Source: Alphaproteobacteria bacterium
GTDB lineage: Bacteria; Pseudomonadota; Alphaproteobacteria; Micavibrionales; Micavibrionaceae
Length of the DNA: 64,000 bases
NCBI GenBank assembly: GCA_003245575.1
Contig: QKCR01000081.1
Location: 283-64,282 of the forward strand
Reading direction: 5' to 3'
Shown here: one piece after another, positions 28,076 to 38,199 of the stretch
Numbering within the stretch: the first letter of the stretch is position 1
Layout: every line of letters starts with the position of its first letter
The notes under the pieces: generated by a model
The model's database searches: none
The model's input: the letters and a program-made list of their open reading frames with translations, nothing else
Told to the model about the DNA's origin: nothing
Position numbers and translations under genes: made by a program

Positions 28076-28104
28076 TAAAAGGGCGGTATTTACCGCCCTT
28101 TTTA
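28076..28104 (+). terminator. Rho-independent terminator after the porin gene
   Basis: GGGCGGTA-tt-TACCGCCC followed by TTTTT. Confidence 0.85.
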
Positions 28105-28124
28105 TTGTTTTTGGAATATCCAAA

Positions 28125-28156
28125 TAATAAAAATGCCCGAAGAAACTCCGGGCATG
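28125..28156 (-). terminator. Rho-independent terminator after thrC
   Basis: On the minus strand: ATGCCCG-gagtttctt-CGGGCAT followed by TTTTTATTATTT. Confidence 0.7.
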
Positions 28157-28179
28157 CTTATCATAGAATTTGCTACTCT

Positions 28180-29553
28180 CTATGCGTTTAGCAAGTGATC
28201 TCTCAATTTGACAAAGTCATTCTCCATGACAGTGTATTTCTCGGGTCGATCCATTAAATCTGCAAGTTGAGGGGGTAGGCCAGGTCGAACACCGATGGCT
28301 TTTTCAACGACATCAGGGAATTTTGCAGGATGCGCGCAAGCCAGTGCAACACAGGGGCCTTGATGTTCAACGCCCGATGTATGTAAGGCGTGAACGCCCA
28401 CAGCCGTATGAGGATCAATAATTACACCGCACTCCGAATAAACTCTGCGAATAGTCTCAAGTGTTTGCTCATCACTGCACCGTCGGGCGATAAAATGACG
28501 GCGGGAACTTTCAAGAGCATCAGACCCGACCTCATAAGCACCGGAATTTTTCATGTCGCCCATTTTCTTGAGAAGGCGAGGTGTATCACGACCCAAACAA
28601 TCATACAGAAATCGTTCAAAATTGCTGGATATTTGAATATCCATGCTCGGGCTAAAGCTGGGCTCGACGCCGGAAAGTTTCATTGCACCGCTTTCAAAAT
28701 AACGAGTCAAAACATCATTGCGGTTTGAACCGATAATCAGTGGGCCAATATCTGCACCCATTTGACGGGCAACCCAACCAGCATAAATATTGCCGAAATT
28801 TCCGGTTGGCACGGCGAAGGCGGGTGTAGCTTTTAACTGGCGTGCAGCTTCAATGTAGTAAACAATCTGGGCCATGATGCGCGCCCAGTTGATAGAGTTA
28901 ATAGCGGACAGATTCTTCTGCTCACGAAGTTGCGTATCGGCAAAAGCTTGTTTGACCAGATTTTGACAGTCATCGAATGTACCTTCGACCGCAATGTTAT
29001 GAACGTTATCAGCAATAACGCTTGTCATCTGGCGACGCTGGATATCCGATGTCCGCCCTTGCGGATGCAAGATTGTAATCGAAATATTTTTACGACCCTT
29101 GCAAGCTTCAATCGCGGCAGAACCTGTATCACCGGATGTCGCACCGACAATCGTGATTTTTTGTCCGCTTTTTTCTAGTACATAATCAAACATCCGCCCA
29201 AGAAATTGCAGGGCAACGTCTTTAAAGGCAAGTGTTGGGCCATGAAACAGTTCAAGCAAATACACATCATTCCCAATAGGGCGCAAAGGCGTAATGTCGG
29301 GATCAATAAATGTCTTGGTCGTGTAAGTATCGTTGATAATTTTTCTGAAATCAGCTTCAGGAATATCTTTGCTGGTGAAAGGAAACATGACCTTCATGGC
29401 AACATCCTGATAAGAATGGCAGTCATTCATATCAAATAAGAATGGCCATGAGACAGGGACAAAAAGGCCGCCGTCTTTTGCAAGACCTGCAAGTAAAACA
29501 TCCGTAAAGCTAGAAGTGGACTCATCTGTTGAGCGTGTGGAAACATAGCGCAT
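28180..29553 (-). CDS. thrC: Threonine synthase
   Basis: ATG at 29553 is preceded by AGGAG. MRYVSTRS..., PLP-lysine motif FHGPTLAFKDVALQ, and TSGDTGSAA. Confidence 0.93.
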   Translation of the reverse strand: MRYVSTRSTDESTSSFTDVLLAGLAKDGGLFVPVSWPFLFDMNDCHSYQDVAMKVMFPFTSKDIPEADFRKIINDTYTTKTFIDPDITPLRPIGNDVYLLELFHGPTLAFKDVALQFLGRMFDYVLEKSGQKITIVGATSGDTGSAAIEACKGRKNISITILHPQGRTSDIQRRQMTSVIADNVHNIAVEGTFDDCQNLVKQAFADTQLREQKNLSAINSINWARIMAQIVYYIEAARQLKATPAFAVPTGNFGNIYAGWVARQMGADIGPLIIGSNRNDVLTRYFESGAMKLSGVEPSFSPSMDIQISSNFERFLYDCLGRDTPRLLKKMGDMKNSGAYEVGSDALESSRRHFIARRCSDEQTLETIRRVYSECGVIIDPHTAVGVHALHTSGVEHQGPCVALACAHPAKFPDVVEKAIGVRPGLPPQLADLMDRPEKYTVMENDFVKLRDHLLNA

Positions 29554-29612
29554 AAAGAATATCTCCTGTGATACGCAGAAATATAGCACGAGATTATCGA
29601 GAGAAAAGAAAT

Positions 29613-29652
29613 AAAAAAAGATGCCGCTTGTAACCAAGGGCATCTCTTTTTT
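29613..29652 (-). terminator. Rho-independent terminator after mrcA (A/T runs on both sides)
   Basis: AGATGCC (29619-29625) and GGCATCT (29639-29645), flanked by AAAAAAA and TTTTTT. Confidence 0.7.
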
Positions 29653-29780
29653 ATAAAGGACGGAAAGTCCCGATGAGGTAGAACTTATAAGATGTTCTTG
29701 CAGCGCAACTTATCACAAAAAAATATTTGTACAAACATTTTTTTAGACAGCACCTCGTGCAGATGAAATGACGAACGTTG

Positions 29781-32222
29781 TTAGTAGAGACCGCCTGTCC
29801 CTTGAAGGGGTGAGTCAGGATCGAAACGCGGCTCTAATAATTCACCGGCAGGCAGAGGTTCATCAAGAACTTCGAACTGTGTTCCTTGTTGTCCGTCTTG
29901 ATCAGCATAGGAACGATAGCCTGGAGGCAAGGTATTTGGCTCTGTTCCGGCAAGAAACGGTTCCCAGATCGCATCAGGATCTCCTGCATACGTGCGTTGA
30001 CCGGATTTGGCATTCACCTGCACCATGCGCACGCCTGAAGGAACACGAAACGGTGTCGGTGGGACGTTTTCGAATGCCTGTTCGATAAATTCTTTAAATA
30101 CAGGAAGGGCAACAGAAGAGCCTGTCTCTTTCTTGCCGAGAGATTTAGGGTCATCAAATCCGGTATAAACCCCAATCACCATATCCGGCGTGAAACCAAT
30201 GAACCAAGCATCTTTGGAGTCATTGGTAGTCCCTGTTTTTCCGGCCAAAGGACGGTCTAAAGAGACCAGCTTACGAGCTGTTCCGCGCTGGACGACGCCT
30301 TCCATAATCGACACCATCTGATAGGTGGTTCTTGGATCGGCAATCTGTTCCCGCGTATCGGGAAGGTCAGGAGTTGTTTGATTTTCCCACTTAATCAACG
30401 GACCACAGCCTGCACAAGGGCGCATGTCGGATTTTTCGATTGTTTTGCCGAAACGATCCTGAACACGGTCGATAAAGGTAGGTGTGATTTTCTTACCTCC
30501 GTTCACGATCATGCCATAGGCCGTTGTCAGCTTCATCAGAGTAGTTTCGCTTGCCCCAAGAGTTGCTGACAGGTAGGGCTGCATATCATCGGAGATACCG
30601 AACTTTTTGGCATAATCAACAACCGTATCAATTCCGATCTGTTGGGCCAAACGAATGGTCATCAGGTTACGGGATTTCTCGACACCGACACGCAGCGGCG
30701 TAGGTCCGTAAAACTCACCGGAATAGTTTTCCGGACGCCAGACATTCCCCGCACTATCAGTAAAGACAATCGGAGCATCCATAATGATGGTGGATGGGGT
30801 ATAGCCTTTATCAAGGGCCGCCAGATAAACAAACGGTTTAAAAGCTGATCCGGGCTGTCTTTCGGCTTGCGTTGCGCGGTTAAATTCACTCCCGTCAAAC
30901 TTCCAACCACCTTGAATAGCCAGAATACGACCGGTGTTCGGGTCAAGAGCAACCAAAGCTCCTTGGATCTCGGGAACCTGCCTCAGGATATAATCTGTTT
31001 TGTCCTTTGACGTTTCTGCTTCTGCAAGAACCAAATCTCCTGCCTTGAGGGATTTGTTTTTGCTCCATGTCATGTCTTCGGCGCGGATATGGGATTTTGT
31101 GCCGTCACTAAATCCGATTTGTGCACTCCCGCCCGTGACATCCAGAACCATAGCCAGACGCCAGTTCGCGAGCATACCCACAGGACCGGGCTTGGATTTA
31201 ACAACCTCCTGCCAGTTGTCGGTTGTACCCAAACGTTCTACAGGGCCACGCCATCCGTGACGGCGGTCATAATCCATCAATCCGTCTTGAAGTGTTTTCT
31301 CGGCAATGGCCTGCAAACGGGGATCAAGACTTGTTCTAACCGAGAGGCCGCCCCCATACAAAGCTTCAGAGCCGTAATCCTTAATCAGGGCGCGGCGAAC
31401 TTCCTCGGCAAAATAAGGGGCATTAACAACGTCTTCTTCCTTGGTGGCAACCACCACTAAAGGTGTTTCTTTCGCCAAGGACGCTTGTGTCTCGGTAATG
31501 TATCCTTCAACGACCATACGGTCGATAACCCAGTTACGGCGTGTAACAGCCGCGTCATGCTTATGAACAGGATGGTAGTTATTGGGTGCCTTCGGCAGGG
31601 CCGCCAAAAAAGCAGCTTCTGCAACATTCAGCTCATCAAGCGGCTTGTTGAAGTAATGGAGTGACGCTGCCGCCACACCATAGGCACGTGACCCGAGAAA
31701 GATCTGATTGAGGTATAGCTCCAAAATACGGTCTTTGGACAAGACCTGTTCCATTTTATAAGCAAGAATTGCTTCTTTGATCTTTCTCCCATAGGAGACT
31801 TCGTTATTCAAAAGGAAGTTTTTGGCAACTTGCTGGGTAATGGTGGATGCCCCAACAGGACGTCGACCGCTACCGGCATTTTTAAGGTTAATCAAAACGG
31901 CACGTGCGATAGCACTCAGATCAACACCTTTATGTTTATAAAAATTCTGATCCTCAGCAGAGAGGAAGGCTTCCTTCACGATGTCAGGGATTTCCTGAAT
32001 AGGAACAAAGATCCGCTTTTCTTCGGCAAACTCTGCCAGAAACCGTCCGTCACCTGCGTGAACCCGTGTTACAACAGGGGGTTTGTAATCCTGTAGTTGG
32101 GCAAATTCGGGCAGGGACTGTCCGTATTTATAGAAGATAGCAAAAACCAGAATAACCCCCGCTACGGCTCCGATAAAGCCCAGCGAGATCAGAAATAAAA
32201 AAAAGCGGCCGATCCATTTCAT
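29781..32222 (-). CDS. mrcA: Penicillin-binding protein 1A (bifunctional transglycosylase/transpeptidase)
   Basis: GT51 motifs EDQNFYKHKGVD and RKIKEA. TP motifs SAFKP (SxxK) and KTGTTND. ATG at 32222 (MKWIGRFF...); the track start at 32252 is a GTG. Confidence 0.93.
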   Translation of the reverse strand: MKWIGRFFLFLISLGFIGAVAGVILVFAIFYKYGQSLPEFAQLQDYKPPVVTRVHAGDGRFLAEFAEEKRIFVPIQEIPDIVKEAFLSAEDQNFYKHKGVDLSAIARAVLINLKNAGSGRRPVGASTITQQVAKNFLLNNEVSYGRKIKEAILAYKMEQVLSKDRILELYLNQIFLGSRAYGVAAASLHYFNKPLDELNVAEAAFLAALPKAPNNYHPVHKHDAAVTRRNWVIDRMVVEGYITETQASLAKETPLVVVATKEEDVVNAPYFAEEVRRALIKDYGSEALYGGGLSVRTSLDPRLQAIAEKTLQDGLMDYDRRHGWRGPVERLGTTDNWQEVVKSKPGPVGMLANWRLAMVLDVTGGSAQIGFSDGTKSHIRAEDMTWSKNKSLKAGDLVLAEAETSKDKTDYILRQVPEIQGALVALDPNTGRILAIQGGWKFDGSEFNRATQAERQPGSAFKPFVYLAALDKGYTPSTIIMDAPIVFTDSAGNVWRPENYSGEFYGPTPLRVGVEKSRNLMTIRLAQQIGIDTVVDYAKKFGISDDMQPYLSATLGASETTLMKLTTAYGMIVNGGKKITPTFIDRVQDRFGKTIEKSDMRPCAGCGPLIKWENQTTPDLPDTREQIADPRTTYQMVSIMEGVVQRGTARKLVSLDRPLAGKTGTTNDSKDAWFIGFTPDMVIGVYTGFDDPKSLGKKETGSSVALPVFKEFIEQAFENVPPTPFRVPSGVRMVQVNAKSGQRTYAGDPDAIWEPFLAGTEPNTLPPGYRSYADQDGQQGTQFEVLDEPLPAGELLEPRFDPDSPLQGTGGLY

Positions 32223-32273
32223 GGCCTTGTTTATCGCACAAGACGCGCACACAGAAAAGGGTTATAAGAGCTG

Positions 32274-33041
32274 ATGGAGAATTTAAAATATATTCCGAAC
32301 GCGGACCTGATCCCGTTTGATCTGGCCGCCACATTGCCGACAGTCGGGAATGCCCTGATTTGTGATTGTGTCTATGCGCAAAAAGACCATAAGGAAAATG
32401 TCTTCGGACAAATATACGCTCCCGAAGCGCGTATTTTGGGCCATAAAGACATGGTTTTATTGGTGCTGCTGGCGGCGATGGATTTATACCAAAGCTATGA
32501 ATGGACGTTGATTGTAAAAGATTGCTTGCGGCCTGTAGAAGCGCAGCAAAAAATGATCGACACGGACATTGTCCGCAACAACCCGCAATGGCTTGAAGAG
32601 CCAAGATTTTTATCCTCTCCGGGGCAAGGTGGACACCCAAGAGGTTTGGCTGTAGACCTCTCCGCGCGTGATAAATATGGGGCAGACATAGATTTCGGTA
32701 CAGCCTTTGATCTTTTTTCCCATAGTTCTGATGCGGTGCATAACCCTGCCCACAGGCAACATCCACATTTGGCGTCATCTGTCAGAGAGAACAGGGGTAA
32801 GTTGGATGGGGCCATGGAGCGCGCGGCAAAGTCCCTCGAAATGGAATTGGTCCTGCTATCAACGGAATGGTGGGATTTCAGAACACCTGCCGCTTACAGC
32901 AACATGTTTTCCCCCATTCGGGATGCCGATCTTGAACCATGGCAGAAAATGACAACGCCGCCATCGGAAATTCCCCAGGCTCAAAAGGACAAAATAACCC
33001 TAAGCTTGGCGAACAGCTTGAAGAAATTCGGAAATTTTTGA
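32274..33041 (+). CDS. D-Ala-D-Ala dipeptidase-like M15 (VanX/DdpX family) peptidase
   Basis: GGHPRGLAVDLS matches the HxxGxAxD zinc motif. STEWWDF sits where VanX/DdpX have EWWH. Confidence 0.55.
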   Translation: MENLKYIPNADLIPFDLAATLPTVGNALICDCVYAQKDHKENVFGQIYAPEARILGHKDMVLLVLLAAMDLYQSYEWTLIVKDCLRPVEAQQKMIDTDIVRNNPQWLEEPRFLSSPGQGGHPRGLAVDLSARDKYGADIDFGTAFDLFSHSSDAVHNPAHRQHPHLASSVRENRGKLDGAMERAAKSLEMELVLLSTEWWDFRTPAAYSNMFSPIRDADLEPWQKMTTPPSEIPQAQKDKITLSLANSLKKFGNF

Positions 33042-33626
33042 GCAATCCTTAATTCCGGGGGCAGATTCAACGCCGCTAGAGACGTCAACAGCGTCTGGAG
33101 ACAGGGTGGATAGGGCTTCCTTGACATTCCCTGCATGTAACCCGCCGGAAAGCATCCATGGCCGCGAGAATTTGCGATTCTGCAGGATTTTCCAATCAAA
33201 GCTTTGCCCACTACCACCGAATTGGGGAGTTTTTGCGTCGAAGAGCAACCAATCGCTTACCTGCTCATAGTCAGCTATCCCATCCAGATCAGACTGCTGT
33301 GCGACGGGAATGGCTTTGATAACAGGGATGTGGAACACGGATTTAATTTCAGCAACACGTACAGGGTCTTCATGGCCATGAAGCTGGATCATATCAATTG
33401 GAACCGCAGAAACAGTGCGGTCCAGAGTGGCGTTGTCCGGATTGACAAATAGCCCGACTGTACGTACGCCTGTCGGGGCTGTGCGTGCCAGAATGCGGGC
33501 TTGCTCGGGGTCAATATAGCGGGATGATGGCGGGTAAAAGACCAGACCGATAAATCTGGCGCCCCCTTTGGCGGCGCAATCCAGATGTGAGGGGTCAGAA
33601 ATTCCGCAAATCTTAACGTCAGTCAT
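33000..33626 (-). CDS. trpF: Phosphoribosylanthranilate isomerase
   Basis: VKICGI, IGLVFYPPSSR, IQLHG and FDWKIL...LSGGL motifs. Confidence 0.9.
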   Translation of the reverse strand: MTDVKICGISDPSHLDCAAKGGARFIGLVFYPPSSRYIDPEQARILARTAPTGVRTVGLFVNPDNATLDRTVSAVPIDMIQLHGHEDPVRVAEIKSVFHIPVIKAIPVAQQSDLDGIADYEQVSDWLLFDAKTPQFGGSGQSFDWKILQNRKFSRPWMLSGGLHAGNVKEALSTLSPDAVDVSSGVESAPGIKDCSKISEFLQAVRQA

Positions 33627-33758
33627 GATATTCTTTCCGAAATGGAAAAGCTTTCTCTGCGATTCATTTGTGCTTTGAGAGATTTTTCAGTATAATAATC
33701 GAGAAAGCAAGTAAAATTATAGAACTCTATATAAGGATCGCCGAAAGGGAAGATAAGC

Positions 33759-34166
33759 ATGGCACTTGATCTGGATGACGATGACGATATCCTCGCCGCC
33801 AAAGCCAAGAAGAGCGCGGGGGAGGAAACCAAATATATCATCCCCGAAAACGCACCCGTGCTGCCGAGTATAATCAGCGGCGACCGCGATGCGGAGCTGG
33901 TTGTAAATGTCGACTCTCAGGCAGCGATTCTTTATAACAAACCGCTGCCCGAAGAAATAGAGTGGGTTGAATATGACATAGACCTCTCCATGTTAACTTT
34001 CGTAACGGCGAAAGGAAAAGTTCAGGGATTGGGAATGAAGGTGCACAAGCCCTTCAGAAAATATTTGTCCAAAGCGGACGAGATTATGCTGATCTATATG
34101 CAGGATTCGAAAATTCCGGTGTCTTTCGTTCCTGTAAAAATGGTGGTGCGATACACAGGTTTATAA
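33759..34166 (+). CDS. Hypothetical protein (acidic N-terminus)
   Basis: 135-aa ORF, MALDLDDDDDIL..., with no recognised family. It is co-oriented with the following 581-aa ORF. Confidence 0.45.
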   Translation: MALDLDDDDDILAAKAKKSAGEETKYIIPENAPVLPSIISGDRDAELVVNVDSQAAILYNKPLPEEIEWVEYDIDLSMLTFVTAKGKVQGLGMKVHKPFRKYLSKADEIMLIYMQDSKIPVSFVPVKMVVRYTGL

Positions 34167-34218
34167 GTCAAAAAAACAAAACGGTATTTGGTAAAGTATA
34201 AGGCGTAGAGGAGATAAC

Positions 34219-35964
34219 ATGAACAGCGCACAAGCACTTAAGCAGCTCGGGGAAGCATTTTATAATGACCGATATGTGCAGATTAATCCTTCAGGAATGT
34301 TGGATAAAGCTTCTGCAGTAGCCAGTTCGGTTAAATATTCACAAGAGCAAATAACTGCTCTGACAAAACAAATTGATGCAGCACCAAACGTTTCAAAAGT
34401 TATTAATTCAATCACAGAGCAATCGACGGATGTTGAGGCATTTTCCGCAGCGTTGGTAAAAAAGCTCAAACAAGACCCACAACTGATTGAAAAGTTGGAA
34501 AAAGAGCTGGAAAAAAATCCGGAACTTGGGAAACAACTCTCCGATAGAATTGTAAAGAATCAGGCTGCTGCTTCTCAAGATTTGATGCGCTATAACGGAA
34601 GCAATTTACAGGCAATAGTAAGTCCGGCACAACCAACTCCGGCACCTGCGCCGACAACCGCGGCGCCTGTGGCAGCTCCGGCGGATCCTGCTGCCGCGCC
34701 TGCTAAGCAACCTAATGCTGCACCACAGGGAACAAAGCCAACTCAACCAACTAAGCCTGCTGCCGCGCCGACAACCGCAGCACCTGCGCCTGTGGCAACA
34801 CCGGTAGATCCTGCTGTTACACCGAACAAACCTGCAGTAGATATTCCGAAGCCTCCAGAGGACGCTTTCACGGTTCAGACAATGGGTAAACAGATTTATA
34901 ATGATATTCTCACAAAGTCTGATGCGGATGTCTCGAAGATGATTGATCCATCTTTTGTAAAAGGTATGGCTGCGGGAATGGCAACCATGGCCGTTGATAA
35001 GTTCGGCGTCGATGAAGCCAAGGCGCACGGTTTTGCAGAGCGTGTGAATGGAGATCCCAAGCTGCAAGAAGCCATTGCTAATAATTTGAAAGAGCACCCT
35101 GATTTTGTGCGTAATTTGGCAAAAATGGCAAACGACGATAGTCAGGTTCCTGAGCATATGCGCCAGACAGCTAAAAAAGAGCTGGAAAAAATTATGGAGA
35201 AACCGGAGCTTTTGGCTAGTGAAGATTACGTCAACGGCCTGAATGGAAAGCTACAAATGGCCAATGGACTCAACAAATTTGCGAACATGTTTGGAAACAT
35301 GTTCGGCGTTGATATGAACGGCATGATGGGTAACATTGGTGAATTCTTCCAAGGGTTCATTCAAAAAATCATGGATTTTATCGGAAACCTGACAGGTAAT
35401 CCGAACATGATAAGTGGCAGCAATATGGGGCTCGGAATGACCCAGAACCTCCACCACTCTATGTATGAGACACAATCCATGCGCGTTCTTCCTGACGAAA
35501 ACGGAAAGTTATTCCATGAAGTGAAAAAGGGAAGCTCTTCCTATCAGGAGCAGAACCAAATTGAAGTTCAAGGGTCGGATGGGAAGCCAATCAAGGTTGT
35601 ACCGACCGATGGTGCAATCAAGATTTCAGAAAATGCAAATGGCGATGTCCGTTTGCGTGTAGCCGCCTCTTATGACGAAGCCGGGAATGTTCGCTATACG
35701 CGTGATGTATCCCTATCGAAAGAAGGGTTTGAGCAATATAAGGCTCAAGTCGCAATTCGTGGTGCTGCAGAACCTGTAAAAGACGTCCCGAATCGTGAGC
35801 CAATGCAAACCGTTTATCTTGATCCGAAAAGCGGTATGGAGGTTCCTGATCCGACAGTTAAACCGCAACAAGGCCCAAGCGTCACCGATCTGGATATGAC
35901 CAAGAAAATGATGCAAAACCCTGACGGACCAATGCAGGGTATGGGTATGGGATTATCGACCTAG
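34219..35964 (+). CDS. Hypothetical protein with central Pro/Ala/Thr-rich low-complexity region and Met/Gly/Asn-rich segment
   Basis: 581 aa with no signal peptide. The linker PTPAPAPTTAAPVAAPADPAAAPAK...PAAAPTTAAPAPVATPVDPAVTP is encoded at about 34620-34860. An MFGNMFGVDMNGMMGN region follows. Confidence 0.55.
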   Translation: MNSAQALKQLGEAFYNDRYVQINPSGMLDKASAVASSVKYSQEQITALTKQIDAAPNVSKVINSITEQSTDVEAFSAALVKKLKQDPQLIEKLEKELEKNPELGKQLSDRIVKNQAAASQDLMRYNGSNLQAIVSPAQPTPAPAPTTAAPVAAPADPAAAPAKQPNAAPQGTKPTQPTKPAAAPTTAAPAPVATPVDPAVTPNKPAVDIPKPPEDAFTVQTMGKQIYNDILTKSDADVSKMIDPSFVKGMAAGMATMAVDKFGVDEAKAHGFAERVNGDPKLQEAIANNLKEHPDFVRNLAKMANDDSQVPEHMRQTAKKELEKIMEKPELLASEDYVNGLNGKLQMANGLNKFANMFGNMFGVDMNGMMGNIGEFFQGFIQKIMDFIGNLTGNPNMISGSNMGLGMTQNLHHSMYETQSMRVLPDENGKLFHEVKKGSSSYQEQNQIEVQGSDGKPIKVVPTDGAIKISENANGDVRLRVAASYDEAGNVRYTRDVSLSKEGFEQYKAQVAIRGAAEPVKDVPNREPMQTVYLDPKSGMEVPDPTVKPQQGPSVTDLDMTKKMMQNPDGPMQGMGMGLST

Positions 35965-37925
35965 CTCGCCAATTCTTGAAGGTTTTTATAAAGATCAAGA
36001 GCGTCGGGGTTCGCAAGAGCTTCGACGTTTTTCACAGGACGCCCGTGAATAACCTCCTTAACAGCCAACTCAACAATCTTGTTGCTCTTCGTGCGCGGAA
36101 TGTCTGTTATTTGAATAATCTTCGCGGGGACGTGTCGAGGGGAGGCTCCGGTTCTGATGCGCGTCTTAATCCGCGACATCAGGTCATCATTTAATGACAC
36201 GCCTTCTTTAAGACGAACGAAAAGAATGACGCGCTCGTCATTATCCCACAATTGTCCGACAGCGATGCTTTCCATCACTTCCGGAATTTGCTCTACCTGA
36301 CGGTAAATCTCGGCAGTACCGATCCGAACGCCACCCGGATTAAGGGTTGCATCAGAACGTCCGAGAATAATAAAGCCGCCATGTTCTGTGCGCTCGATCC
36401 AGTCGCCATGACACCAGATATTTTCAAATCTGTCGAAATAGGCGCTATGATAACGTTTTCTTCCTTCGTCATTCCAGAAAAAGACAGGCATGGACGGGAA
36501 AGGTTTTGTGCAAACCAGCTCCCCGCTACCTGCACCGGCCGGCATTGCTTTGCCTTCACCGTCAAAAACCTCGATAGCATAACCGAGGCCTGCCCCTTGA
36601 ATTTCACCACGCCAAACAGGAGAAAGAACATTCCCGATCACAAAACACGAAATAATATCTGTACCACCGGAAATGGATGCCAAATGAACATCTTCTTTGA
36701 TGGTGTTGTACACATAATCAAAACTCTCATGAACCAATGGTGAACCGGTTGAGGTAATCGTCTTGAGTGTTGAAAGATCAAACTTATCTTTAACAACACA
36801 TCCTTCGGCTTTCAGTGCATCAATGTATTTCGCACCTGTTCCGAACAAAGTACAATCATGTGCCGTCGTATAGTCCCACAATGCATAGGGGTTCGGATAA
36901 AATGGAGATCCGTCATACAGCATCAAACAAGCGCCGCTGGCAAGGGCAGTAATCTGCCAGTTCCACATCATCCATCCGCATGTTGTGAAATAAAAGACTT
37001 TATCATCGCGCTTAATATCACATTGCAACAAATGTTCTTTCATATGCTGCAACAATGTTCCTCCATGTCCGTGCACAATACATTTTGGAACGCCTGTTGT
37101 CCCGCTCGAGAACATAATGAACAGCGGATGATTAAAAGGAAGACGCTCGAATGTCGGGGATTGTTCGGAAAAACGACCTATAAACTCATCCATATGAACC
37201 GCTAAAGGCAAAGAAGACAAATCAGCTAACTGGCCGGATCCTTGAGAGACAAAAGGAACAATAACTATCTTCTCGATAGATGGAATGCTCGGAAGGGCGT
37301 CTTTGATCTTGGATAAAACATCTACGGTCTTGCCGTTATAAAAATATCCGTCAACTGAGATCAAAATCTTGGGTTCAATTTGACCGAACCGATCAATCAC
37401 ACCTTGTACACCGAAATCAGGAGAGGCCGACGACCAAATCGCTCCGATGGATGCAGCAGCAAGTGCTCCGATCAAGGTTTCAGGTAAGTTCGGCATATAT
37501 CCGGCGACACGGTCACCTTTTTGTACACCTGCAGCAATCAGGGCTTGCTGCCATTTCGATACCAGTCCGCGTAATTCCGCAAAACTGATTTCGCGCTCAC
37601 GGGCCAACTCATCACGAAAAATAATGGCTGGAGAATTGTCGTGACGTTTTAGAAGGTTTTCTGCCCAGTTGATTTCGGCTTCAGGAAAAAATTGGGCCTT
37701 CTCCATTTGATCGCCGTCTTGAAGCGCAACGGAACCTTTAACCCCTAACACGCCTGCGAAATCCCAAAAAGACGACCAGAAAGCGCCAACATCCGATAAG
37801 GACCAATTGTGAAGGGTCGCATAATCCACATCTTTCGCAAAACCGTTTCGTTGGGCAAAAGCCATCAAATGAGAATTTTCAATCAGAGAAGGAGAAGGAG
37901 TCCAAAGCGGGGCAGAAGTGGTCAT
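35961..37925 (-). CDS. Acetoacetyl-CoA synthetase (acetoacetate-CoA ligase)
   Basis: 654 aa in the AMP-forming acyl-CoA ligase family: FSSGTTGVPKCIVH and GRSDATLNPGGVRIGTAEIY. The N-terminus PLWTPS...L..F is typical of acetoacetyl-CoA synthetases. Confidence 0.8.
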   Translation of the reverse strand: MTTSAPLWTPSPSLIENSHLMAFAQRNGFAKDVDYATLHNWSLSDVGAFWSSFWDFAGVLGVKGSVALQDGDQMEKAQFFPEAEINWAENLLKRHDNSPAIIFRDELAREREISFAELRGLVSKWQQALIAAGVQKGDRVAGYMPNLPETLIGALAAASIGAIWSSASPDFGVQGVIDRFGQIEPKILISVDGYFYNGKTVDVLSKIKDALPSIPSIEKIVIVPFVSQGSGQLADLSSLPLAVHMDEFIGRFSEQSPTFERLPFNHPLFIMFSSGTTGVPKCIVHGHGGTLLQHMKEHLLQCDIKRDDKVFYFTTCGWMMWNWQITALASGACLMLYDGSPFYPNPYALWDYTTAHDCTLFGTGAKYIDALKAEGCVVKDKFDLSTLKTITSTGSPLVHESFDYVYNTIKEDVHLASISGGTDIISCFVIGNVLSPVWRGEIQGAGLGYAIEVFDGEGKAMPAGAGSGELVCTKPFPSMPVFFWNDEGRKRYHSAYFDRFENIWCHGDWIERTEHGGFIILGRSDATLNPGGVRIGTAEIYRQVEQIPEVMESIAVGQLWDNDERVILFVRLKEGVSLNDDLMSRIKTRIRTGASPRHVPAKIIQITDIPRTKSNKIVELAVKEVIHGRPVKNVEALANPDALDLYKNLQELAS

Positions 37926-38199
37926 AACAAAACCTTGCGGGGTTAAAATAACTGGAATTCAGCGCAACAGAGTGTAGGTAAGTTCGGATAGACTTGCAAT
38001 ATCCAATGGAAAATCGCTCTCTAAAATCAGCATATGTTAAAAGGAGCGGAAAAAAATATGGGAAGTGAATTATTTTATGTAACAAATTAGCCTGTCCACC
38101 CGAAGACCGCTAAAGCACTGATGCGACTCGGAATTTACAAATTCGGTTCTTCGCGTATGCTGTACCGAAATAGGACCAAATCAATAAAGGACAGACTGA

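Noticed and set aside
32128-32778. 216-aa minus-strand ORF spanning the mrcA start and the dipeptidase gene
   Set aside because: It overlaps two well-supported genes and has an implausible Cys/Arg/Pro-rich translation.
34606-35157. 183-aa Arg/Cys-rich minus-strand ORF
   Set aside because: It is an artefact of reading the GC-rich Pro/Ala-coding repeat of the 581-aa gene on the opposite strand.
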